DNA of 63,966 nt, filler included, from Craspedostauros australis (Eukaryota): assembly GCA_030167865.1 (NCBI GenBank). It is 6 parts of 6 records of this genome, joined end to end, with 100 filler letters (N's around TTAATTAATTAA, not from the genome) between each part and the next. Parts side by side here need not be neighbours in the genome. Positions count along the whole stretch, not along the records: positions 13,608 to 32,041 come from JALAGF010003465.1; positions 32,142 to 54,970 come from JALAGF010003468.1; 4 more parts are not named here. One strand, given 5' to 3'. Shown in pieces: positions 21,971 to 32,209 of this stretch. A program made the translations under genes and the position numbers. Each line of letters opens with the position of its first letter. Within the stretch, counting starts at the first letter, position 1. The notes below the pieces were generated by a model that was not told the origin of the DNA, made no database searches, and saw only the letters and a list, made by a program, of their open reading frames with translations.

Positions 21971-23656
21971 CCACAAGGATTTTTCGTCGCACAAAAGTCG
22001 AAAAGTTGCGTCAGGACGCAACAGTCTCAGAAAATTTCGATTTCTTGCGTCAGGACGCAAACTGAGAATTAGCGTGGGAATTTAACACGATGAAAAAATT
22101 GTATCGACTAGTTGGACTGATGGCCTCAAAAACATCCTCCTCTTGTGCGGACTTCCTTCGTGTTATTTTCTGAGCTTGTTTCTCGTGTTGTTTTCGCGTA
22201 GTGTTCAGTGTTCTCTAGATCAAGCACATACTCTAGAGTATGCTGCCATTTACAGTGATCATGAGGATGCCAACTCTAGTTTGTTGGTACCATATTAGTA
22301 ATAGCACTACCACAACAGCATAAACATGGTGTTTTGTTTAGCTAGCCAGTGTCTTCATGTCTACTCGACTACGTGCATTTCTTCGTGTATCGATAGGACA
22401 TGCGGTCCTTTCCTTGCCTACTTCACATTGCGCAGTTCCTCTCCAGGGATCTTCACATGGAATCAGTGTCTCATTCATTCATTGTGAGGTGAGATGTGCA
22501 TCTTAGTTTGTGTTTGCATCTATTTTGCCTCCTTTTCCGTTGGGTCCAACCTCATTGCATGATCCAATCGAATCAAGATCGCCATCCGTGTGCTTATCTT
22601 TCAAGCAAAGATTGCTTGCTACATTGAGAAACATGAATGTATTAGTACTATCATGACTAAGAAGATGTACATATGTGATAGCAGGACGGCAATCGGATTC
22701 ACCCAGATTCTGCCCGCACGCATGACCGCTGCGAATGCAGCTGCTTTCCCACACATTTATTTCTGCCAACCAAAGGGATCTCACTTGACAACAGTACAGA
22801 TACATACTGGAAACACCGTCTGCTTCTATTGTTTGTATGCCTCATGTGGTCTTAGAATTGAACTCTGCACAGGAAGACCATCCATGCCTTCGTTGGTGCA
22901 AAATCTTGCGTGAGATTCTTGTTTGCGGCGGGGATGCGCCAAGTGTTGGAAGCCCAAACCTGGTATGCACAAGCTTGAGGACAATTGACAGAGCATTACA
23001 TTTTATTTGAAGCGATGTGGAATGCAAGAGAGCCTTGTACTTGCATGAAAACCAAGATTGTTGATGATCAATGTGCAGAGGCGAATTGTCGTGCAGAAGG
23101 CACGAACTATGTGCCCCAAACAGCACCACAGATAACACAGAGCTGATGGGTGAGCGGAAACACTCTTTTAACTGAGAAGGAGCGAAAATAAGCAGCAAAG
23201 CTGGCAAAGAGAATGGTAGTGTCACAACAGGAAGGAGGACAACGGAGCTGGATGCGAAATATCTGGCTCCTTTCCTCCTCTACGCAAGCAGGAGAGTATG
23301 GAAGAGGCGAAGAATGTGATTTACAACACATAGAATCACTAATGTATGGATTGCAACATTGAGAGAGTTGTTTCGATACTATTGTTGCTGGAAGTGGAGT
23401 GCAGATAAGATTTGCATCCATCAGTACAAAACAACACGGTAAAACACACAGTATTTGTCCAAAAGCACAGGCGACAAATGACGATATTGGACGATTTGTG
23501 GAGCGAGTGTTCGAGTGAGTCATATTATTTTGCGCCCCGTGTTAAATCTCCACGATAAAATCGATTTTGCGTCCTGACGCAAACTTATTTGGGGGTTGCG
23601 TCAGGACGCAAGAAAAGCCGTTTTTGCGTCCTGACGCAAGGGTTTTCTCCTTGTGG
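21971..23656. mobile_element. non-autonomous TIR DNA transposon, ~1.69 kb
   Basis: Termini CCACAAGGA / TCCTTGTGG flanked by ATAT at both sides (21967-21970, 23657-23660); five subterminal TTGCGTC-NN-GACGCAA palindromes; inner inverted match CGTGGGAATTTAACACG / CGTGTTAAATCTCCACG; AT-richer interior with no long ORF. Confidence 0.8.
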
Positions 23657-23983
23657 ATATGATCAAACTGTGATACGCGACTCTCGCACTTGTATTTGTG
23701 GGTCGTACGTATGTACCATGCGAGCTACTCGTACCACGCCTTTATCCCATTACATTGACGCCCACAGTACCCGCGTATGTTCAACCAGAATCTCCACACA
23801 CAGGCCAAAGGGTGACCTCTCGACAACCAAAAGTCAGACAAATGCAAAGACCAAAACGGAGTCCATCAAGGATCTGCTCACAAAAAGCAATTCGCAACAA
23901 CAAACAACCAAACATCAAACATCAAGCAACACGCAACACGCAACAAACCAAACCAAACCAAACCAACTACTCGTAAAACCAAT

Positions 23984-24790
23984 ATGAAGTTCACAACCTC
24001 CGCTCTCTCCCTCGTTTCCATCGTCTCCACGGTCATGACCACATCCATGTCCGCCATGCAAGTCTCCGCCGACGAGACAGGCACAGTTGCAGCACGCCGT
24101 ATGCTCCGTACCAGAGACCAAGCTGGCACTGTCGAAATGCGCGCGCAAGCGGCCACCAACAGACTGGCTGGGTTTGAGCAACGTCGCAGAGCAGCAGGGA
24201 ATATGGGAGGCCCATCCCCACCAGGAGCACAAATGTCGGTCGAGGCCCCCCCGAGTGGTAGTGACTGTGTTCTCGGGTCGTTGTGCAACGATGGCAGCCC
24301 GATTGCGTTGTTCCTCGCATACAATCCAAGCCCTTGTACTTCGAGCGTCAACTCCCAAGGGAACGAGTGGGTGTGCGAGGAAGGATCCAACTTCGACACC
24401 TGGATCGGTACCGCAACTGACTTTGGATCGACGGCCTACATCGTAATTGATGATGGCAATCTGACACCTACAATCGTGTACGAACAAGAAACGCAGGTTA
24501 CAACTTCCTTTTTCGTGAACGGCCCAACGGTTGATCCGGAGACTGGCACTTCGAACCCTTTGACACCAATCACTCGCGTGAAGATCTACGAGTCGAAGGA
24601 ACACAAGGATGTTGGTGCCGAACCAATCCAGGCCATCACGTTCCATACTTCCTGCAACACCAGCCTCAACCAAGGGCTCTTCGTCAATGACACCTTCGGA
24701 TCTGTCACCGTGCTGACCAGCGTCGGCGTCGAAAATAGCGCCAAATTCGGTGCAGGACTCCCATTCGGGCAGAACTGTTTTGCTCCATAG
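23984..24790 (+). CDS. secreted protein, 268 aa, with C-terminal FHTSC...D.FG domain
   Basis: Signal peptide MKFTTSALSLVSIVSTVMTTSMSAMQVSA, RML motif, ITFHTSCNTSLNQGLFVNDTFGSVTV resembling DUF7467 (from memory, not searched); CAA-rich 5' leader. Confidence 0.8.
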   Translation: MKFTTSALSLVSIVSTVMTTSMSAMQVSADETGTVAARRMLRTRDQAGTVEMRAQAATNRLAGFEQRRRAAGNMGGPSPPGAQMSVEAPPSGSDCVLGSLCNDGSPIALFLAYNPSPCTSSVNSQGNEWVCEEGSNFDTWIGTATDFGSTAYIVIDDGNLTPTIVYEQETQVTTSFFVNGPTVDPETGTSNPLTPITRVKIYESKEHKDVGAEPIQAITFHTSCNTSLNQGLFVNDTFGSVTVLTSVGVENSAKFGAGLPFGQNCFAP

Positions 24791-25668
24791 GCGTGATGTG
24801 TGGACATTGCAGGAATGCGCCCATCACATGTGGCCAACCACCCCCTGTTTCCGATTCAAATGGGCATGCCATGGCCGCGATGGCATGTGAAAGTGAATAC
24901 GATGCTCTACCCGAGTAGATGCATCCACCAAAGAGTAGTATACATTGTATTACATAATAATAGAATATTCATTAGGATTGCTACAGTTGAGGCATGAACG
25001 ACAGCCGAACGTCTCCCCTGCTGCGACCTGTACCAATGGCCATCCATCAAACGATGATGTTGTATGTTGCACTACCCTCTTCGAAGCACCCATTCAGATC
25101 TGCAACTAGCGACGAACCCTCCTCTGGAGAGTATTGCACAAATCGAGCTCGTACTGCTCTGCTCTACCCTGCGATCCACCGGATCGGCCTGGTACATGCA
25201 GCGGTTGTCGTTCGTGAAGGAGAGGACATGGGTGCTGTTGCTTTGGCCTCCGCATGTGGCAGCAACGATACAGATGCATTCACTGACTGGGCAATGTTTT
25301 GCAAAAATGATACACGGGCGACTCTGGAAAGTCGAAGTGTTCAGCAGCCATCGATACATCTCAGAGAGAGAGAGACTGTGATGATACAAGCAACTAATGT
25401 GTGTCAGTGGAGGACGATAACCACAAAATCAGCAAGAGCACGGCATCGTTCTTTCCCCAGTAAAATTTGCACCCAAGTTGATTTAACTGTCATTCGGAAC
25501 GACCTCTCCAAGTACAAGCTCGCGGACATGTTTGGAGGGCGTGGCATGGATCGCTCGGAGTTGCTGTGTGATATCCACGGACGATGAGCATACCCCGCCC
25601 CTGTATGCATCCCGATACTCTGAGAACATGATATAATGTAATAGTATGCTGAATACCATCAACGATCA

Positions 25669-28600
25669 TCAATCAAATTCCAATTTCCGTTTCCCCCCTG
25701 GCCTCTTGTCCTTTGTTGTGGTGCCTCCCATTACGGTAGCAAACAATGATCGTGGTTGCGTGCTCGTCGCTGGCGCTTGTTGCTGCGAAGCTGCCTCGCC
25801 CTCCTGCCTCGCGAAGTGGACTGGGTTGGCGGAATTGCTCAAAGTGTTCAGCGCCGCGATGGCTTCCAGATCATGCGCGCCCATCGATGCCGTTCCCAAC
25901 AACTCGGTGCTCAGCAGACTGTTCGTAGTTCCGTACAGCAAGGAGTTCTTCGAAGGAGAAAGCTGCAAGCCCACTGGCCTGTCAGTCGTCGCCGATGTCG
26001 CGCTGACCTTGTTACCCATACCAAGGTCGCCTGCGTTGATCGAAGACTGCTGCTGCTGATGTGTCTCCACTCCCATGATGGAGGCTTTTGAGTAGTTCGA
26101 CATGTCAAGGATTCCATTCAACCCCTCGCGCAGGATCGAATTGCCGTTCGGTGAGTACAAGCGGAGCGAGGCTGGCGAGTAGTCTGCGGTCGGCGTTAAC
26201 GCGAAACCAGTGCTGTCACCGCGAGCCGTCTTCGAAGGTGACTGAGTTCGTTTGGGTGATGAGAATGCATTCGCGGAGAACAAGTTCTCTGACGGCGTCG
26301 ATGGTGTAGCGAGAGTGGTGGCCGATGGTAGAGCAAAGCTGTTCGTCTGTCGCCGTTGTGGCGAGTCGAAGTGTCGAAACCCAGACCTGCCTCCGATCTT
26401 GTTGGGAAAGGCAGGTGATGTCGGCGTCTGCAATCGCCCGAGCAGACCCATGTCATCATCGTCGAGTGTGGCCTCCACTTCGAGTCTTGACCGTTTGCGT
26501 GCAGCGGTCACAGCGCCGCCGTGAGTTGTCTGGTCGTTATTGCCGCTGTTTCCGGCAAAAGCGGATCGGCTGTTGCTGTTGGCGCGTTCCAGGACATTGG
26601 CCAAGATGCCTTCAGAGCCGTACTTGGACACAGAGAGACCATCGATGGGTGGGAGGTTGGAAAGTCCAGCCGAAGCTTGCAGGTTGGAGAAGTTGAAGCT
26701 CAGGTTGCTGTTTGCCGACTGTCCGAGATCCAGAGCCATTGGCGGCGGGCCACCTGCGATGATGTTCTTGCTGCTAAGGTGGATGTCGTTGTCATCGTCC
26801 AGGAGCTTCTTCATGCAAGACAGCTGCGACAGCTCGGCACCGTCATCAGCAAGCATTTTCTCGATTTCCATCCTGGATCCCTCGGCTGGCGCATCGAAAC
26901 CTAATGGCGCATTTCTGACTGGCGTCGCTAGGTGTGCGGTGACGACTGGCGCAGCAAGCGCTGGCTTTGATGTTCTTTCGACCTTCATTCTCTTGGCTTT
27001 TGGGGCTGCAGTGACAGGCCTTGCAACAACTGATACCATCTTGGCCTTGGTCGTGACCGGCTGTGCCAATGGTACCATGTGCATTGTTGGCCGCTGTATC
27101 GGCGCGGACAGCTTAACTGCGTTCGCAACCCTATGTTTTGCTGCAGCGCCGCGCCTGGCAGGAACGGCTGCGGGAGCCTTCGTGTTTTTGACGATGCGTG
27201 CACTGGAGATCATGTCGACGAACTTGGCTGCTCGTGAGATGCGGCGGACCAGAACCTGATGCCGCTTTCGCAAATGCCCACGATCGCGGTGTGGGATGAG
27301 CCTCGCACCCAGCTCTGCCCACATGTTGCCCATGATGGGAATGGCCTTGAGAAGAGTCAAGTCTTCTTCCAACGACCACCGATGGACATTCAGAATGGCC
27401 GGTGGCGGCACTCGCACCAGTCCCGCTCGTTTCATCGCGTTTTCGTCAATGTCATCCACGGATTCCAACTTCGGTGTCGGCTCGAGCTTCCCGTTGGGAT
27501 CGATCCACACTCCGCGAGCACGGTACAACAAGAGACATAGCTTGGAGTATCGTTGCGATATGCCGTGGATGGTGCGATCTGGCAAAAAGCGATCCATAAT
27601 CAAAGTCCATTGCTTCTCGCCGTAAAGATTGACACCGCGCAGTACGAGGTTGTCTTCGGCGCTTGTGAAAAGGTTCTTGTTGCGCACGAGAAACATTTCT
27701 TCTGGCCTTGTGAGCGGCTTGCCGACAACGTGGTTTGGTCCCAGGAACTCTCTGATATCGCTGAAGTGCACCGAGAGAGGCTTTTGCAACGGCAGGAACG
27801 ACGATTCGATTGTGGCACCTGCCTTGCGCAGCAGGAAGTTGCAAGCTGCGCCAGGAGCTCCGTGAAGGACGCTGGGTTGCTGCAACTTGCGACGTACCGT
27901 GGACAAGGCTGATTTATCCACCGAAGCATCCAAGGTCCGCAACGTGTCAGCCAGATTGGCCAAGCCCGGGATGTTGAACACGGTGCGTTGGCCAGCCAGC
28001 GCAACCCTGTTGCCGGCGTGAGATTGGTTTCCATCGGCCGGTTGCGAGTGTTCTCGCAGGGTTTTGACGAATGCTGCGCGTGTGAGGCGTCGATTCGATG
28101 ACCTCGAGACGTCATGATTACCCCCGTTGTTCGCGTCCGACGCTTGAAACTGTGACAGCAGGCTCCTTCGTGGCTGGCAGTCGCTGGGCATGCGTTCTTC
28201 GGTACCGTGCTCGGCGAATGGTCCAAAACATGTGCGCGTGCTGTGCGGATAATTGTGCTGGTCGCCGTTGCTGTCGTCGTCCTGATCGTCTTCCAGTTGT
28301 ATGGCATACCGAATGGCATCTTTGCGGTGCTGTAATGAGGATAGCATTGAAAGTGTGAGATGAGATATGTATGAATGAGGAATTCTGCGACACAGCACAC
28401 CCAACGACAAAACAACGTACCTGCTCCAAGTCTTGCAACATGCCCACCGCCCCGTCAATGATCTCCGCCAGCTCATCGGCGCTCTCGGCACCGTAGATAC
28501 CATCGACGCTGCCTGGACCGGCCTGATTGAGCTTGAGAGGCGTGTCTGGCTTCTTGCACGATGCCGCATGCGCAGATCGGACGGCAAGAACGGACTGCTG

Positions 28601-30175
28601 CACGAGGAGTTGATAATGCAATCGCATCATTCTCTGCAACGATTGGGCTTGTGTTTGCGTGACCTTGTGACGACCAGCCTGGCGCTTGGCTTCGCGCAGA
28701 GGCGTGAGAGGCGATGCCACCATGGTCGGGGGCAGGTTCGTGGCCTTCCTCGGCGTCGACGCTGTCGAAGGGATTGACATGGTCCTGTTATTGCCTGCTG
28801 CGGTGATCGTGTGCGGTGGCATGTTTGGAGGTCTGGAATGTGGTGGAAATGGTGCAGGCGCTGCTATCGTCCCCAGATTAGGTCTGAGAGCTGCTGCCTT
28901 GGTTGCCAGCTGATTCGCTGCTGTGGTCGCGGAACCTCCAATGGAAGCGTGAGGATCGGCAATGACGGAACCCGCAGGTACACCCACACTGAGATGACGT
29001 TGCGCCTCCACCATCTGTTCCATGCTACTGCTGGTGCCAGGTATGGCCGTTCGGAATGGGTTGTGGGGCATCCCTGCGCCAGCTTGTCCCACCGGAAGCA
29101 TGCCTGATGCTGTTGTCGCCGCTGTTCCCAACTGTGACGATGCCCCTTTCGTGGCCTGGTGGTGCTGCTGGGTGAGGTTGCGCGACGCAGCCCTCGAAGG
29201 TTGTCTCGAGGGCGTGTGCTGTTGTTTGTTAAGCAACGTCGCGACTGCTGCCTCCAGATCCTCCTCCAGCAGACTCCCGAGCTCTTCCTCCAAGTCGTGC
29301 CAAAATGATTCATTCGCTGCTGTGCTGCTCCTTGCACTGCTGACACTCTGCGGCGTCGCGGGTGTTGGGATGGCGGCATGCGATGGTGTCGACGCTACCT
29401 GGTTCGCTTGCGCTGTGATGGTGCTTTTGGTGGTGGAGCTCGTTGCGTTCACAATAACGTTTACACTTCCATTGGCGCTGCTGGCAGTGCTATGAACGAT
29501 ACTGGTGTTGTTGTTGGTGGTGGTGGTGGTGGCGTTGACTGCACTGTGGTGCTGGGGTCGCGGATGCATCGTCGTGACAGGTCCAGTGGCTGTGGGAGAT
29601 ATCGGCAACGTGTGCTGATGTTGCGGCGGCTGCGGGTGTTGATGCGTGGCATGCTCTGCGTTGGAGTTGCCGTGCGCATCAAACGCGAGGTTTCCAGCAT
29701 CATCGTCATCATCTTCGTCATCATCGTCTGCATCATGCTCGTGCTCATCGAGTTGGTACTCCTCGTCATCGTCAATCTGCAGAATGGACTCATCAAAGCC
29801 CAGCGACTGCACGAATTGGACGTACTCCTCTTCCGTGGGCTCCTCCATTGCATTCGGTGTCTGCGCAGCTGGTGTGGTGGACTCCGCCTTCGTTTGAGTC
29901 GAAGACGACTGCGTTTGGCTTGTACTGCGTGCTTGTGTTATGGCCCGTGCTGCTGCTGTGGCTTCTCCTCTCGGCTTTCTCGTGTGCGGAGACGTGGCTG
30001 TTTGCGAGGGAGTCAGCGGGTTTGGGGAGACCTTTGTCGGGTTCAGTGGCTCCGAAGCAGGAGCACTCGCAGCCGCTGTTCTGCTCGCACTGTCATGTCC
30101 CTCAAGGTGATGCTGTGGCTTCGACTGCGCATTCGTGTGATGCTGCTGCTGCTGCTCCTGCTGTTGGCTATCCAT
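25669..30175 (-). CDS. GON4L/DUO3-like Myb/SANT nuclear protein, 2 exons (30175-28421, 28329-25669), ~1471 aa
   Basis: Phase-0 GT-AG intron joins ...QDLEQ to HRKDAIR in frame; Myb-like FTSAEDNLVLRGVNLYGEKQW and RWSLEEDLTLLKAI...W; EEEYVQFV and MRLHYQLLVQ blocks; C-terminal basic KRPGGKRK. Confidence 0.8.
28330..28420 (-). other. 91-nt spliceosomal intron
   Basis: GTACGT donor at 28420, TTACAG acceptor ending at 28330; removal fuses two long ORFs in frame. Confidence 0.85.
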
Positions 30176-31468
30176 TGCGATTGTATGGTATGGCACCAGC
30201 ACTTCCTTTGCCTTGCCTTCGCACCAACACAACGTCTATGCCCCTTGGTGGTCGTCCGTTCAATGAAGTCGAAGGTCTGTGCAGATGATCAGTGAATCAA
30301 TGCCTTCCTTGGTCTTGTGGCTCCTGCCGTTGGGTGTGATGTGCTTGTCTTGTTCCTTCGTTGGTCTCTTGTTGTTGCCTCCTTTCGTTCCTTTTTTCGT
30401 TCCGACACCACGAAGTCGATCAAGCAAAACACACGAAAATGGCGCGCGCTGAACCGTTATCTGTCGCCGAAATTTGAACTGTGGCGTTGACAACGGGTTG
30501 GTTTGAAAGTCTTTCTTGTGTTCGACGATGATGGTGATGTCGATGCTGGTGATGCTGGTGGTGTTGATGCTGTTGATGCCTTTCTGTTCTTGTCGCAGAT
30601 GAGATTACTTCCACCATCAACGTTGCTGCCGTTGATGATGGCGATGATCACGATGATGATGAGATAATCGTTGATGACGATGATGACGACCGTTGATGGT
30701 GTTGTTGGTGTTGGCAACGATGAAGTTGATGGAAATCGTCGCCCACACTCACAAAAGTGTTGCTTTCGACACTGAGCGCTGTCCGTGCGCCACAAGAAGC
30801 GAACGCAACCAAACCGAATTGCATCTCACCAATCAAAGTCAGCGGTTGTCCTCCAAGAGATTTTCGCCGATTGGTTTTGTCGGTCGGCGCGATTCAGCGA
30901 GCACCCTGCTTTTATTATTATATTCATGTGTGAATACAATGATGAATCAACGCATGCTCGATCAAATTCGATGTGTCTTGAAAAGGAGGAAATTCATTAA
31001 CCAGCCCTTTTGAAGTGCCGATTTGCATCAACCAGCCTGTTTTTTGTGACTTAAAGCATCAACACGTCCAAATGTCGATGCGACGTCCTATCGACAAAGA
31101 GGTTTCGCATCGACTTCCAAGGTTAGCGCATAAATGTAGACTACCTGTAACATGCACAAAAAGTACAATCCACATCATACATGATTGCCACACTAGTCAT
31201 ATAATGCAAGTAAATAGTCCATCCGAATATATGACGTCCAGTGAAGGGAATTAATGCCTACTTTAGTCGTAGATATGCGCATAATCCATCCGTTTGCTCC
31301 GATTCTTTGCGCCTTGGATCGTGCTCTGACCAAATGTATCATCGAGTGGCTCCATACAAATGCACTGCATCCATCTGAGCATGCAAAACAACAGGCTGAC
31401 GAGCCATAACATAAATTACATCCAACATAGCAAACACAACAATCACATCAAACTGTTCAACAACCAGC

Positions 31469-32041
31469 ATGTCCAGCAACAGCAAATCATTCATCACCCT
31501 TGCAAAGGGAGCGGAAAAGGAAGGAGTGGACTTCATTCATGTTTGCGCGGCTGTATTGTCGCACAGCTTGTCTGTTGGTGCNGGATACATTCAAAAGAAG
31601 AGGTCAGGCGATGCAATCAAGCTCGTGTGCTCTGTTTCTACTGACTGTCCCTTCGACTGCCGTGCTCGTCTCTTGNNGAATGGCAAAGGGGTCCGCATCA
31701 CGCACTTCGTTGGCCATGCTTGTCAGGGCACATGCACCCGCAAGAAAAGCTACAAAACTGCCGTCTTGGACGAGATGACTGACATCACTGGGAAGTATCA
31801 AGTTCCTGCTGCAGGTGGACGTCAGCAACTGGGCAACATGATCAAGAACGAATTGCCCATCACGCTGAAAAAGGGGCAGCTCTACAATATCATCAGGGAC
31901 AAAGGAGTTACAATCGAGAAGCACTTGGCCGAGTGCAAATTGATTCGGTCCTACATTGGTGCTGTGGCTGAGAAAGACAGTGGAGGAGCGTACAAGGTTG
32001 ACATTGGTCCAGTCCAAGGTGACATCAATGGTGACGATGGA
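31469..32041 (+). mobile_element. Mutator/MULE-like transposase N-terminal fragment, cut at contig edge
   Basis: LVCSVSTDCPFDCRAR...VRITHFVGHAC matches the C-x-C...H-x-C MuDR-type zinc-binding pattern; AT-rich upstream; DDE domain not visible. Confidence 0.55.
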
Positions 32042-32141
32042 NNNNNNNNNNNNNNNNNNNNNNNNNNNNNNNNNNNNNNNNNNNNTTAATTAATTAANNN
32101 NNNNNNNNNNNNNNNNNNNNNNNNNNNNNNNNNNNNNNNNN
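32042..32141. other. artificial contig linker
   Basis: 44N-TTAATTAATTAA-44N. Confidence 0.98.
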
Positions 32142-32209
32142 CCCCCCCCACGCTAGCGTAAGCTAGCGGAAAGAATCGACTCTGTCGTAACAGAGAGGAC
32201 GGGTAACCG

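Noticed and set aside
22006..23639. Repeated 16-bp palindromes as a possible CRISPR array
   Set aside because: Two clusters 1.5 kb apart in mixed orientation with short irregular spacers, no cas genes and a eukaryotic context; better explained as transposon subterminal repeats.
24994..25587. 197-aa ORF between convergent genes
   Set aside because: No motifs; lies in a likely 3' UTR or intergenic region.
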